From positions 35,753-99,752 of the forward strand of contig JAQUKX010000004.1 of the NCBI GenBank assembly GCA_028718865.1: 64,000 nucleotides of DNA. The letters are read 5' to 3'. This DNA is from Patescibacteria group bacterium (GTDB lineage Bacteria; Patescibacteriota; Patescibacteriia; UBA1558; GWA2-36-10). Position numbers and translations under genes: made by a program. Positions 37,811 through 47,713 of the stretch are shown here, in pieces. Position 1 is the stretch's first letter; every line of letters starts with the position of its first letter. The notes beneath the pieces were generated by a model, which saw only the letters and a list, made by a program, of their open reading frames with translations, did no database searches and had not been told where the DNA came from.

Positions 37811-38821
37811 TTAATCTTTTGCTTCAAAATCCAAAAAATAACCGAACCTAGCTCTTCCTCTATATTGCGGTTTTTTCAAATTCAAAGTAGTGATTATGCC
37901 GCGCGGACTCAAATCATAACCTTCTATTTTTACATCCCGACCGTCAACAATGGCCGTGGCCATTACCGGTTGAGGATGGCCTATGGCATAAGCCAATTTT
38001 ACCAAGACTTCTTTGGCCTGATATTTTTTCAAATACTTTGTAGCCAGATAACGAGCCATATAAGCAGCGCTACGATCAACTTTGGTGGCATCCTTACCGC
38101 TATAGCAGCCACCGCCGACTGGAATCTGCGGGCCATAGTTATCCACAATAATTTTACGTCCGGTTAAGCCGGTATCTGCCTCAAAACCTCCTTGGACAAA
38201 AGGACCAGCTGGATTGATAAAAATATTTTTATAATCCGGTACAATAGTATCTACTATTTCTTTTTGAACCAGTTTTCTCAATTGCTCAATCTCAATCTCC
38301 GGACTATGCTGGGTGGAAATAACTACGGTTTCCACTTGGCCGTTATTGATAGTGATTTGTGATTTGCCATCGGGCCGCAAATATTTTGCCAGCTCTGACT
38401 GGCCTTTTACCCTTACTTCCTCGAGCTTTCTGGCCAAATTATAAGCCAAGACATGTTCGCGAGGAAGGAGCTCTTTGGTTTCGCTGCTAGCATAACCCAC
38501 CATGATACCCTGATCGCCAGCGCCACCGGTATCTACTCCCCGGGCAATATCAGGGCTTTGCTTAACAATATTGACGAATATTTCCAATTCTTCATCATAG
38601 CCGATTTCTTTATAAACTTCCCTGGCAATTTGGGCGGCGTCAAACTTGGCGCTGGTAGTCACCTCGCCCATAATAACTAGCTGGCCATGCCCGCCCAAAG
38701 CTTCTACTGCCACCCGACTGTCGGGATCTTGCCTCAAACATTCATCTAAAATAGCATCCGATATCTGGTCGCAAACTTTATCCGGATGACCGTAAGTTAC
38801 ATTTTCCGCTGTCTTTAGCAT
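37811..38821 (-). CDS. metK: S-adenosylmethionine synthetase
   Basis: GHPDKVCDQISD, GAGDQG, DTGLTGRKIIVD, GKDATKVDRS. Confidence 0.97.
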   Translation of the reverse strand: MLKTAENVTYGHPDKVCDQISDAILDECLRQDPDSRVAVEALGGHGQLVIMGEVTTSAKFDAAQIAREVYKEIGYDEELEIFVNIVKQSPDIARGVDTGGAGDQGIMVGYASSETKELLPREHVLAYNLARKLEEVRVKGQSELAKYLRPDGKSQITINNGQVETVVISTQHSPEIEIEQLRKLVQKEIVDTIVPDYKNIFINPAGPFVQGGFEADTGLTGRKIIVDNYGPQIPVGGGCYSGKDATKVDRSAAYMARYLATKYLKKYQAKEVLVKLAYAIGHPQPVMATAIVDGRDVKIEGYDLSPRGIITTLNLKKPQYRGRARFGYFLDFEAKD

Positions 38822-38873
38822 TTTTTCTACTTTAATTATTTAAAAAACTCTCCTTTAAGAGAGTGGATAAAAA

Positions 38874-38989
38874 TTATCTTTCCCTCACAAAGGGTTGGAC
38901 TGAGCACCTTTCTCTGCCTGCCAGCTGGCAGACAGCAAGATGGTTGCCGGCGGATCACAGAGCCAATTCTCTCCCCGCTCTCTTGATAA
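38874..38989 (-). ncRNA. SAM-I (S-box) riboswitch
   Basis: TTATCAAGAG...GAGAGAATTGGCTCTGTGA..CGGCAACC...GGTGCT..TCC..GAAAGATAA upstream of metK, followed by ACTCTC/GAGAGT hairpin and T-run. Confidence 0.92.
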
Positions 38990-39109
38990 AACTTTTCCGC
39001 AACTGCTGCGAAAAATATTAAATTGTTAAAAATAGTATAGCTTATTTTGAAAATTTTGACAAATATGCAATAATAATAGAGTAAAAAATAAAAAAGGAGA
39101 AATATAAAA

Positions 39110-39337
39110 ATGATTTTTAAAGAATTGAAATCCCGCAGTTTTATAAAAACTCTTAGCTGGTTTATAGTGGGATTTTCTATAACTTTAGTTGCCTTTTCCC
39201 TGATTACTGGTAATATCAAAGAAGGCTTTCATGGCTCTATTGTTGTTCAATCAATCAAGCTCTTTGCCTATTATTGGCATGAGCGAGTCTGGAGCCGCCT
39301 CAAATACGGCAAGAAATTCAATCCTGGCTTAAAATAA
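39110..39337 (+). CDS. DUF2061-like small membrane protein
   Basis: RSFIKTLSW, YYWHERVW. Confidence 0.8.
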   Translation: MIFKELKSRSFIKTLSWFIVGFSITLVAFSLITGNIKEGFHGSIVVQSIKLFAYYWHERVWSRLKYGKKFNPGLK

Positions 39338-39341
39338 TTAT

Positions 39342-39653
39342 ATGAAGCTGTCTGCTCTGCAAAAATTTATTCTCAAAGAAAATTTTTTAAATAGCCGGCA
39401 GGGAAAAATTTCACGGCGCAGCTTTGATAATTTTTACAGTCAAATAAAAAAAGCGCCGGCAAAAAAAATCCGCGCTAATATCATTACCAAAAGCATAGAA
39501 CGACTAATAGATAAAGGACTGCTTATTGGTTTTGGTGAAAAAACTCAACACAAGCTTTTTATTACTCATACCAAGCTGACCAGTCATGGCCTTAAAACAG
39601 CCAAAGGGTTATTAGGAAAACAAAGTCAATTACCTTTTAAAAAAAGAAAATAA
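39342..39653 (+). CDS. Basic hypothetical protein (winged-helix-like)
   Basis: ITKSIERLIDKGLL, KLTSHG. Confidence 0.55.
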   Translation: MKLSALQKFILKENFLNSRQGKISRRSFDNFYSQIKKAPAKKIRANIITKSIERLIDKGLLIGFGEKTQHKLFITHTKLTSHGLKTAKGLLGKQSQLPFKKRK

Positions 39654-39655
39654 AG

Positions 39656-40387
39656 CTACTCAATTATCACTTTGGTGCCTAGCTGAGCCCACCAGTATAA
39701 ATGCTCCATGTCTTTATAAGCAACATTGACACAGCCGTGGCTCATAGGCTGACCAAAATTATTATGCCAATAAGCGCCGTGAATGTAATAACGGTAGGTT
39801 TTGGTAGTAAAATGCAGATTCCATTTGGTATTGGGATAATCAAAGCCTACCCCGCCATAATGTTTGACTGGTACTTTATCCAAAATTTTAAACTCTCCTT
39901 TGGGCGTTGGCGTACGAGATAAGCCGCCGGAAATAGGAAAAGAGCCAAACTCTTTACCGCCAAAATAATAAGCCAAAGTTTGTTTTTTTAAATCCACTTT
40001 GATTATTTTTTCCAATTGCACTGGCTCGGGGTTGAGAGGATCAAAGCCGGCAGCTACTTCTGTTCCGTCTAGATACAAATCACCGTCGCTGTCTGGATTC
40101 ATCAGTCCAGTACCCAAAATCAATTCCCAATAATCATTGAGATAATCATTATCCGAATCAACGTCAATTAATCTTTTACCGTTTCCGTGACGAGGCGAAT
40201 AGCCATTTTTAATTTCCAAGCCATCAGGATAACCATCGCCATCGCTATCGGGATTAAAAGGATCAGTAAAATAAATATTCAATTCATCATAATCAGACAA
40301 ACCATCGCCATCGCTATCTATCACTGCCTGAGCTGACAAGCCTAAAGGAAAACTTAAAAAAATAATTGCCAAAAATATTTTTCTCAT
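39656..40387 (-). CDS. L,D-transpeptidase family protein with Ca-binding DSDGDG repeats
   Basis: Signal peptide; D(S)DGDG repeats; YIHG...SHGCVN. Confidence 0.9.
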   Translation of the reverse strand: MRKIFLAIIFLSFPLGLSAQAVIDSDGDGLSDYDELNIYFTDPFNPDSDGDGYPDGLEIKNGYSPRHGNGKRLIDVDSDNDYLNDYWELILGTGLMNPDSDGDLYLDGTEVAAGFDPLNPEPVQLEKIIKVDLKKQTLAYYFGGKEFGSFPISGGLSRTPTPKGEFKILDKVPVKHYGGVGFDYPNTKWNLHFTTKTYRYYIHGAYWHNNFGQPMSHGCVNVAYKDMEHLYWWAQLGTKVIIE

Positions 40388-40598
40388 TTTTATTATTCTA
40401 AATAATATTTGATATATTAGCATATTTTTACCTAAAATTACAGCTGAATTGACAGAGAGCGTATATTATTGTATATTAAAAAAATACAAAGCCCTTTACA
40501 ACCCTTGCAATAGAAAGGAGGTTATTGAAGGAAATCAAGGAGGAGTTGGTTGTAAAACCAGCAAAAAACTTTCCCTGGGGAACAAGGAGTTGGCACGC

Positions 40599-40955
40599 AT
40601 GTGCAAGCAAAACGGAACGGCCATTCTTGGTCAATTCACCAGCAGTCTCTTCGGACTGGATCGTCCTCGCAGTGAAGCCCAAGCGGCCGAAATTGCCAAG
40701 CAAGCAGTCTTGTCTTGGGCTGCTGACCCGAGGCGGATCCGCTCCGCCTACGGTGCTCTTTCCGGAGCAACCAACGAGGCCCGACGCCTCGCCGCTCTGC
40801 CTGAGAACGACCCCCATCGACTACTGGCCACCGCCATGGTGGCCAGGATGAATGAGCTCGCCACCGACGAGCTCAAGAAGAGTCGGCAGTTCGCCGAGAT
40901 CATCAACGAGCTCAACGCTTCCCTTTATCCTCCTCGTCAAGCCGCCACGGCTTGA
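40599..40955 (+). CDS. GC-rich helical orphan protein (start uncertain)
   Basis: Promoter TTGACA-17-TATATT at 40449-40477, SD AAGGAG before MCKQNG, terminator follows. Confidence 0.6.
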   Translation: MCKQNGTAILGQFTSSLFGLDRPRSEAQAAEIAKQAVLSWAADPRRIRSAYGALSGATNEARRLAALPENDPHRLLATAMVARMNELATDELKKSRQFAEIINELNASLYPPRQAATA

Positions 40956-40995
40956 TCCTCTACCTCTCGCCCCTAGCTCCCTGAGCTAGGACCAT

Positions 40996-41036
40996 GCCCC
41001 GCTTGCTGCCCGCAGTAGGCGGGGTTTTCTTTTTTT
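40996..41036 (+). terminator. Intrinsic terminator
   Basis: CCCCGCTTGCTG..CAGTAGGCGGGG followed by T-run. Confidence 0.8.
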
Positions 41037-41103
41037 AAACTAAAAAATAAGGCGCCAGACAAAACTGTCCAGCGCCCAAGAGGAAAGAGGCCGATGTTTC
41101 GGC

Positions 41104-41481
41104 CTAGTCCCAACCGGCCGGAGCCGGATCCGGAGGTACGATGTGTCCGACCAGTTCTAGATAGCTCTCCAGATCCTGCGGTTTGACCGCAGCGGCTGAG
41201 CGTAAGTTGCGCCAAGCCACCACTACTTCGTCGCCACCAGCCAAACCGGCTGGCAGAAAGAGCTTGAAGCCGCGGTTGCTGGGAAGATAGACGGCAAAAC
41301 GGAAAAGGGTACGCCCATTTTTCTTGCCAGCCGGCTGCAAACAAGCTAGACGAGGCAGAGCCCATCTAGCCGCACGAATGTGGGGCCTGATAAAATATGC
41401 GGCTGCCCCGGGCGGAATGATGATCTTCTGCCCTTGGGCAACTTCAAAGCTGGGATTTTCCAAATGAATGCCCTGATTCAT
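41104..41481 (-). CDS. GC-rich orphan protein
   Basis: SD GGAGG before ATG; TTGACT near 41571-41576. Confidence 0.55.
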   Translation of the reverse strand: MNQGIHLENPSFEVAQGQKIIIPPGAAAYFIRPHIRAARWALPRLACLQPAGKKNGRTLFRFAVYLPSNRGFKLFLPAGLAGGDEVVVAWRNLRSAAAVKPQDLESYLELVGHIVPPDPAPAGWD

Positions 41482-41573
41482 TTTTGACCTCCAGGGAAGA
41501 GGGTGTTGTCAGGCACTCTTACTCCTTAATGCGGCGCCTAACTTATTAATATAAGCGGATTTTATAAGCAAAG

Positions 41574-42725
41574 TCAATACTGACGGCTCCGGCGGCTGGC
41601 TTGACGACTAAAACGATGCGCTTCTTCCCGACTTTGCAGCAGAATATTTTTTATACTATCGGTCAACTGCTTAAACTGCTTGTCGGCTCCTCTGGTATAG
41701 ACTAGTTTATCACCGGCTAATTTGGAAATACCGACTATCGGCACTCTGATATTTTTTAATTTAAAAAAATTATCCACAAAATCAACCTGCGGCCGGCCGC
41801 CATCCAGCATAATAATATCAGGCTGGGGCCACTCATGATGATTAAAACGCCTAGTTAAGACTTCAACCAAGGCCCGCAAATCATCGGCGGCCGGAGCGCT
41901 TTTTATTTTAAACAAACGATACTGACTTTTATCAGCTTGACCGTTACTAAAAACTACCATGGATCCATAAGGCTCCTTGCCAGCCAAATGGGATATATCA
42001 TAACCCTCAATGCGGCTCAGGCCGGCCATACCGAAATCATCACGGCTGATTAAAGAAGCATCGCTGATATGTTTGAGGCTGGCTATCAAATCTGGATTTT
42101 CTTTGGCCAATTTTTTGACCAATCTTTTTTTGTCGCCTTGTAAAAGCAAAATTATATTTTTTATATTATTTTTATATTTTGCCCGACTGACTTCGCCAAC
42201 ACAAATACCTGGACACAGACCTATCTGATAATCAAAACAAGGCCGGCCTTGCTTGGGCCGACAAGTGCTATAAGGGAAAAGGCGACGGATTATGCGCAAG
42301 GCACCGCGCAGTAAATGCTGAGCCTGATAAGGCCCAAAAATATAAGCCTTGCTTTTGGGAAATTTTTTTAGCTGGCGACCGCGGACAATAAACGGATAAG
42401 GATAATCACCTTTGGCAATGACTATGTAGATAAAAGAACGGTCATCGCGATCACGGACATTATACTTGGGCCAAAATTTCTTGATCAAATTGGCTTCCAA
42501 AATTACACTGTCAAGGATAGTCTCGGTTTTTTCGTATTTAATATCATTAGCTTGGGTAACCATCTCTTCTATTCTTGGCTCCAAATCTTTTCGAAAATAC
42601 TGGGAAATTCTCTTTTTGAGCGAGCCAGCCCGGCCAATATAAAGCACTCCTCTCTTTTTATCCAAAAAGCGATAAACGCCCGGTGTATCAGGAAAATTTT
42701 TAATTTTATTTTTCAAATTCGGCAT
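41574..42725 (-). CDS. uvrC: Excinuclease ABC subunit C (compact)
   Basis: GIY-YIG PGVY/YIG, CFDYQIGLCPGIC, RIEGYDISH, LDGG, EAHRF. Confidence 0.92.
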   Translation of the reverse strand: MPNLKNKIKNFPDTPGVYRFLDKKRGVLYIGRAGSLKKRISQYFRKDLEPRIEEMVTQANDIKYEKTETILDSVILEANLIKKFWPKYNVRDRDDRSFIYIVIAKGDYPYPFIVRGRQLKKFPKSKAYIFGPYQAQHLLRGALRIIRRLFPYSTCRPKQGRPCFDYQIGLCPGICVGEVSRAKYKNNIKNIILLLQGDKKRLVKKLAKENPDLIASLKHISDASLISRDDFGMAGLSRIEGYDISHLAGKEPYGSMVVFSNGQADKSQYRLFKIKSAPAADDLRALVEVLTRRFNHHEWPQPDIIMLDGGRPQVDFVDNFFKLKNIRVPIVGISKLAGDKLVYTRGADKQFKQLTDSIKNILLQSREEAHRFSRQASRRSRQY

Positions 42726-42726
42726 T

Positions 42727-45237
42727 TTATTTTAAATACTCTTTTAAATATTTGCCGGTGACTGATGCTTGATTGGCAGCCACTTGCTCCGGCGTGCCTT
42801 TGGCCACCAATTTGCCGCCAGCCTGGCCGCCTTCTGGGCCAAGATCAATCAGATAATCCATAGATTTGATGACATGAAGGTTGTGTTCTATCACCACTAC
42901 TGAGTTGCCCTTTTCTATCAGTTTGTTTAAAACTTTCAATAACAATTCTATGTCATGATAATGCAGGCCGACTGTGGGCTCATCCAAAAGATAAAGGCTG
43001 CGCTTACCCAGCTTATGAGTAAGCTCTCTGGCCAATTTTATCCTTTGAGCTTCACCGCCCGATAAGGTGGTAGCGCTCTGGCCGAGTTGTAAATAGCCAA
43101 GCCCGACTTCCTGTAAAACTTTTAGCTTGTCAATGATATGATAATTGCCGTCAAAATAATCTATGGCTTCCTCAATGGTCAATTTCAAAACCTCGGCGAT
43201 ATTTTTGCCTTTGTGCTTTACTTGCAAAGTTTCTCTATTAAACCTCTTTCCCCGACAAACATCGCACTCCACATAAACTGCCGGCAAAAAATGCATTTCT
43301 ATCAGCTTGTAGCCAGCGCCGTCACAAGCCTCGCAACGGCCACCTGCCCGATTGAAAGAAAATCTTGATAAGGTATAGCCGCGCTCTCTGGCATCAGGCA
43401 ATTGGGCAAAAAATTCTCTGATTGGCGTAAATATGCCGGTGTAAGTAGCAGGATTTGACCGCGGCGTACGGCCAATCGGCGACTGGTCTATCACGATTAC
43501 TTTGGCTACATATTCACTGCCTTCCAAACGGGTCAAGTCCTGCAGTTTGAATCTACCGGGACGGTTTTTGATAGCAGCCAAATTTTTGTAAAGCACATCA
43601 TAGAGCAAAGTTGACTTACCGCTGCCGGATACTCCGCTGATGCCGACCAGTCTTCGCAGAGGTATTTCTACTTGCAGATTTTTCAAATTATTAGCTCGGG
43701 CGCCGATTAATTTCAAACTTTCCGTGCTCCTCTGCCGTCTTTTTTCAGGTACAGCAATACGCCTATCGCCGACAATATAATCCACTGTCATTGACTGAGC
43801 CGTATTTTTCTTGGCCAAAACCTGTTTGCTAGGCCCGGCAATTACGACCTCGCCGCCATGCACTCCAGCCATCGGACCCAAATCAACCAAATAATCCGCA
43901 TCCAAAATAGTCTGCTCATCATGCTCGACCACTATCACGGTATTATTTTTGGCTCGCAAAGATTTGAGAGTATCTATCAGCTTCTGAGTATCTCTTTCGT
44001 GCAGGCCTATGGTCGGCTCGTCCAAAACATAAAGGGTGCGGGACAAATGCGAGCCGATTTGCGAAGACAGCCTGATGCGCTGGGCTTCGCCGCCTGAAAG
44101 CGTATGCGCCCGCCTATCTAGCGTCAAATAATTCAAGCCAACTTTTAGCAAAAACTCCAAACGGCTGATTATCTCCACTACTACCGGCTCAGCTACTGCC
44201 CTGTCCTTGGTCGGCATTTTTTCAAAATAAGTATTGAAAAATTCCTGCGCTTGATCAATCGGCAAGGCTGTCAACTGGGCAATGTTTTTATTGCGGATTT
44301 TGACTGACAAAGTTTCGGGTCTCAATCTCTGGCCACCACAATCAGCGCAAGCTTCGTCGTTTTCCCAAGAGGCTACTCCCAAGCCATTACAAGCCGGGCA
44401 AGCGCCGTGCGGGCTATTGAAAGAAAAAAGCCTAGGCTCCACTTCGGGAAAAGAAAAATTGTCCTGCGGGCAAGTCCAATTGGAAGAAAGTAAAAACTCT
44501 TCGGGCTTTGACTTATCATCGTCAAATAAAACTGTCATTACCGATTGGCCGTAATCAAGGGCGTTTTCTACTGCCTCGGACAAACGGGATTGGTCGCTCA
44601 GCAATACTTTGTCCACGATGATATCTATGTCATGCTTTTTGTATCTGGCTAGATTTATCTTTTCATGCAGATTGTGATAGCGGCCGTCAATTCTGGCTTG
44701 AGAATAACCCAAAGCCAGATAATCATACAGGAGCTGATAATACTCGCCCTTACGGCCTCGGATCACTGGCGCTAAAATACTGACATACTGCTGCTTCAAT
44801 TCTTTGCCGCGCTTGACAATAATGTCTGCCATTTCATCCACTGACAGCTTTTGAATTTTTTGTCCGCAAAGCGGACAAAATACTTCTCCCAGCCGTGCGT
44901 ACAAGACCCGCAGATAATCATAAATCTCAGTCAAGGTGCCGACTGTGGAACGCGGATTGTGGCTCAAAGACCTCTGATCAATGGAAATAGACGGCGCTAG
45001 TCCGATAATCTCATCAACGTCTGCCGGCTTCATTTGTCCCAAAAATTGCCGCGCATAAGGCGATAGCGATTCAATATAGCGCCTTTGGCCTTCGGCAAAA
45101 ATAGTGTCAAAAGCCAAAGACGATTTGCCGCTGCCGGAAACGCCGGTGATTACCGTCAATTGATTATGAGGTATAGTCAGGCTGATATTTTTCAAGTTGT
45201 GCACTCTGGCGCCCTTGATAATTATATTTTCTTCCAT
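42727..45237 (-). CDS. uvrA: Excinuclease ABC subunit A
   Basis: Two GVSGSGKS and two LSGGEAQR motifs, Zn fingers. Confidence 0.97.
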   Translation of the reverse strand: MEENIIIKGARVHNLKNISLTIPHNQLTVITGVSGSGKSSLAFDTIFAEGQRRYIESLSPYARQFLGQMKPADVDEIIGLAPSISIDQRSLSHNPRSTVGTLTEIYDYLRVLYARLGEVFCPLCGQKIQKLSVDEMADIIVKRGKELKQQYVSILAPVIRGRKGEYYQLLYDYLALGYSQARIDGRYHNLHEKINLARYKKHDIDIIVDKVLLSDQSRLSEAVENALDYGQSVMTVLFDDDKSKPEEFLLSSNWTCPQDNFSFPEVEPRLFSFNSPHGACPACNGLGVASWENDEACADCGGQRLRPETLSVKIRNKNIAQLTALPIDQAQEFFNTYFEKMPTKDRAVAEPVVVEIISRLEFLLKVGLNYLTLDRRAHTLSGGEAQRIRLSSQIGSHLSRTLYVLDEPTIGLHERDTQKLIDTLKSLRAKNNTVIVVEHDEQTILDADYLVDLGPMAGVHGGEVVIAGPSKQVLAKKNTAQSMTVDYIVGDRRIAVPEKRRQRSTESLKLIGARANNLKNLQVEIPLRRLVGISGVSGSGKSTLLYDVLYKNLAAIKNRPGRFKLQDLTRLEGSEYVAKVIVIDQSPIGRTPRSNPATYTGIFTPIREFFAQLPDARERGYTLSRFSFNRAGGRCEACDGAGYKLIEMHFLPAVYVECDVCRGKRFNRETLQVKHKGKNIAEVLKLTIEEAIDYFDGNYHIIDKLKVLQEVGLGYLQLGQSATTLSGGEAQRIKLARELTHKLGKRSLYLLDEPTVGLHYHDIELLLKVLNKLIEKGNSVVVIEHNLHVIKSMDYLIDLGPEGGQAGGKLVAKGTPEQVAANQASVTGKYLKEYLK

Positions 45238-45339
45238 AAATTTAATTAAAAATTTCTGCGGACAGATAATACTACGAGCGATTTAGGCGAAGCCGTTAAG
45301 CGAATAATATTATCTGGAAGCGATATTATTCGTTAGTTA

Positions 45340-47193
45340 TTATTTTTTAATTTTTGGCTTAGCTTCAATATCCAAAAATCTTTCCATTTTTTTAATAATG
45401 GTTTTAGGTTCTATTTTGTGTTTTTTATTATAAGCCAGTTGTAAAAAACGGCGGCGATTGACTTCATTGATTGCTCTTTTGATAGAACCAGTGAGCTTGT
45501 CGGCATAAAGTATTACCTGGCCTCTGACATTTCTAGCTGCTCGCCCCATAGTCTGAACCAATGAAGTTTCACTGCGCAAAAAGCCTTCCCGGTCAGCATC
45601 CAAAATCGCCACCAAAGACACCTCTGGCAAATCCAAACCTTCCCGCAAAAGATTGACGCCAATCAAGACATCAAACTTGCCGCGCCGAAAATCCAGCAGA
45701 ATATCCGTCCGCTCTATTGTCTTGATATCCGAATGAATATAATTGGATTTTATGTTTTTTTTCTTTAAATAAGCGTGCAAATCCTCGGCTTGACGCTTGG
45801 TCAAAGTATTGATTATTGTTCTTTCTTTTTTACTACTGATTTTTTCTATTTCTTTGATAATATCGTCTATTTGGCTTTGATTATTTTTTTTGTCAAAAAC
45901 CGGCCGGACTTCTATTGGCGGATCTATCAAGCCAGTAGGCCGGATAAGCTGCTGGGCTACTTGCCGACTGTGCTCAAGTTCCCATTTGCCTGGAGTGGCT
46001 GAGGTAAAAATAGTCTGCCCAACGCGGCTGATAAACTCATCAAATTTTAGCGGTCGATTATCCAGCGCTGAAGGCAAGCGCCAGCCGTATTGCACTAGAG
46101 TTTCTTTGCGACTTCTGTCACCCTCGTACATACCTCTAACTTGAGGCAAAGCAATATGCGACTCATCCATAATAGTCAAAAAATCTGGCCGACCGTCTTT
46201 GGCTGGAAAATAAGCCAGCAAAGTATCCGGCGCTTGGCCAGCCGGCTTGCCCGTCAAGTGGCGGGAATAATTTTCTATGCCATGGCAGTAGCCCAGCGAA
46301 GCCAGCATCTCCATATCATAGCGAGTCCGCCTTTCCAGACGCTCCTGTTCCAGATAAAGTTTTTTCTTGGCCAGATAAGCCAGCCTTTCTTTGAGCTCGG
46401 CTTTGATATCCCTTATGGCTCGCTTGGTTTCTGGCTGGGAAGAGACAAAATGCTTGACTGGAAATAACAAGGCTTCTTGCAAATCTTCTTTTACTTTTCT
46501 GGTCAGTTTATCTACCAGCAAAATTGAACTAATTTTTTGTTCAGTAAGCTCTAAACGATAAATCAGCTTCTGGGCAGCCGGCATTATTTCAAACACATCC
46601 CCCCTGACTCGGAAAAGCCCTCTTTTCAATTCTCCGGGCGTGCGAGTAAATTGGATATTGACCAGTTGTTTTATCAAATCGCCTCTGACTATATTCTGCC
46701 CCAGAGTCAAATGAAGGCAAGACTGCAAATAATTGACCGGTAAGCCGAGATTGTAAATACAGGAAACCGAAGCCACTACTATCACATCTCTTCTGGTCAA
46801 AAGAGCGGAAGTAGCTTGATGGCGCAAGCGGTCAATTTCATCATTGATCATTGCTTCTTTTTCTATATAAGTATCAGTGATAGGCATATAAGCCTCAGGC
46901 TGATAATAATCATAATAAGAAACAAAATAATTAACCGAATTTTCCGGAAAAAAATTCTTATACTCACGATAAAGCTGAGCAGCCAGAGCTTTGTTGGGCG
47001 CCATTACCAAAACCGGCTTGTCAAACTGAGCAATTACATTGGCCATAGTAAAAGTCTTGCCCGAGCCAGTTACTCCCAAAAGAGTTTGATAATCATAGCC
47101 TTTTCCCAATCCAGCAATAAGCCTGTTTATAGCTTGAGGCTGATCTCCGGCCGGCTCAAAAGGCGCTTTTAATTTAAATATTTTTTTAGTCAT
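45340..47193 (-). CDS. uvrB: Excinuclease ABC subunit B
   Basis: GVTGSGKT, YYDYYQPEAY, DESH, LLREGLDLPEV, GRAARN. Confidence 0.97.
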   Translation of the reverse strand: MTKKIFKLKAPFEPAGDQPQAINRLIAGLGKGYDYQTLLGVTGSGKTFTMANVIAQFDKPVLVMAPNKALAAQLYREYKNFFPENSVNYFVSYYDYYQPEAYMPITDTYIEKEAMINDEIDRLRHQATSALLTRRDVIVVASVSCIYNLGLPVNYLQSCLHLTLGQNIVRGDLIKQLVNIQFTRTPGELKRGLFRVRGDVFEIMPAAQKLIYRLELTEQKISSILLVDKLTRKVKEDLQEALLFPVKHFVSSQPETKRAIRDIKAELKERLAYLAKKKLYLEQERLERRTRYDMEMLASLGYCHGIENYSRHLTGKPAGQAPDTLLAYFPAKDGRPDFLTIMDESHIALPQVRGMYEGDRSRKETLVQYGWRLPSALDNRPLKFDEFISRVGQTIFTSATPGKWELEHSRQVAQQLIRPTGLIDPPIEVRPVFDKKNNQSQIDDIIKEIEKISSKKERTIINTLTKRQAEDLHAYLKKKNIKSNYIHSDIKTIERTDILLDFRRGKFDVLIGVNLLREGLDLPEVSLVAILDADREGFLRSETSLVQTMGRAARNVRGQVILYADKLTGSIKRAINEVNRRRFLQLAYNKKHKIEPKTIIKKMERFLDIEAKPKIKK

Positions 47194-47408
47194 AAATATT
47201 CCTAAAATACCGCAAACGCCCCAAGTTTTTTGGGGTGTTTATAGACGATAAATATATCATAACATATATCAGAAAAAAGGCTAGTTTTGATATCTATTAA
47301 ACAAAAAAATCAAGCTCAAAGCTTGTTTTAAAATATTGACATTTAATAATATTTATGCTATATTACTATGTTTTTTGTACAAAAACCCTCTGCCTAAGGG
47401 AGATAAAG

Positions 47409-47666
47409 ATGGAAATCCGAATCATCCTCTACCTCATGATGGCTACCCAAATGGTAGCCTGGGCTTGGATGCAATCCAAGGGAGGCAAATTGTCCGACCA
47501 CCGTTATATCGCCTTTTGTGCGATGATGATGGTCGGCCAGACCGGCGCCAGCTTGGAATGCATTTTCAACCAAGCTTGGGGCACCCTGGTGGTGCAAATC
47601 TACTTCTTCCTCTTTACCGCCTATGGCGGCTACAAGAGGTATCAACAAATGAGACCCACCTCATGA
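47409..47666 (+). CDS. Small three-TM membrane protein (CBU_0592-like shape)
   Basis: Promoter TTGACA-17-TATATT at 47336-47364, SD GGGAG, three hydrophobic helices. Confidence 0.65.
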   Translation: MEIRIILYLMMATQMVAWAWMQSKGGKLSDHRYIAFCAMMMVGQTGASLECIFNQAWGTLVVQIYFFLFTAYGGYKRYQQMRPTS

Positions 47667-47713
47667 ACATGACCCGCTAAGTAGCTTCGGCCAACAGCGG
47701 GTTTAATTTTTTT

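Noticed and set aside
38836-39219. 127-aa minus-strand ORF upstream of metK
   Set aside because: Runs through the SAM-I riboswitch and antisense to the DUF2061-like gene.
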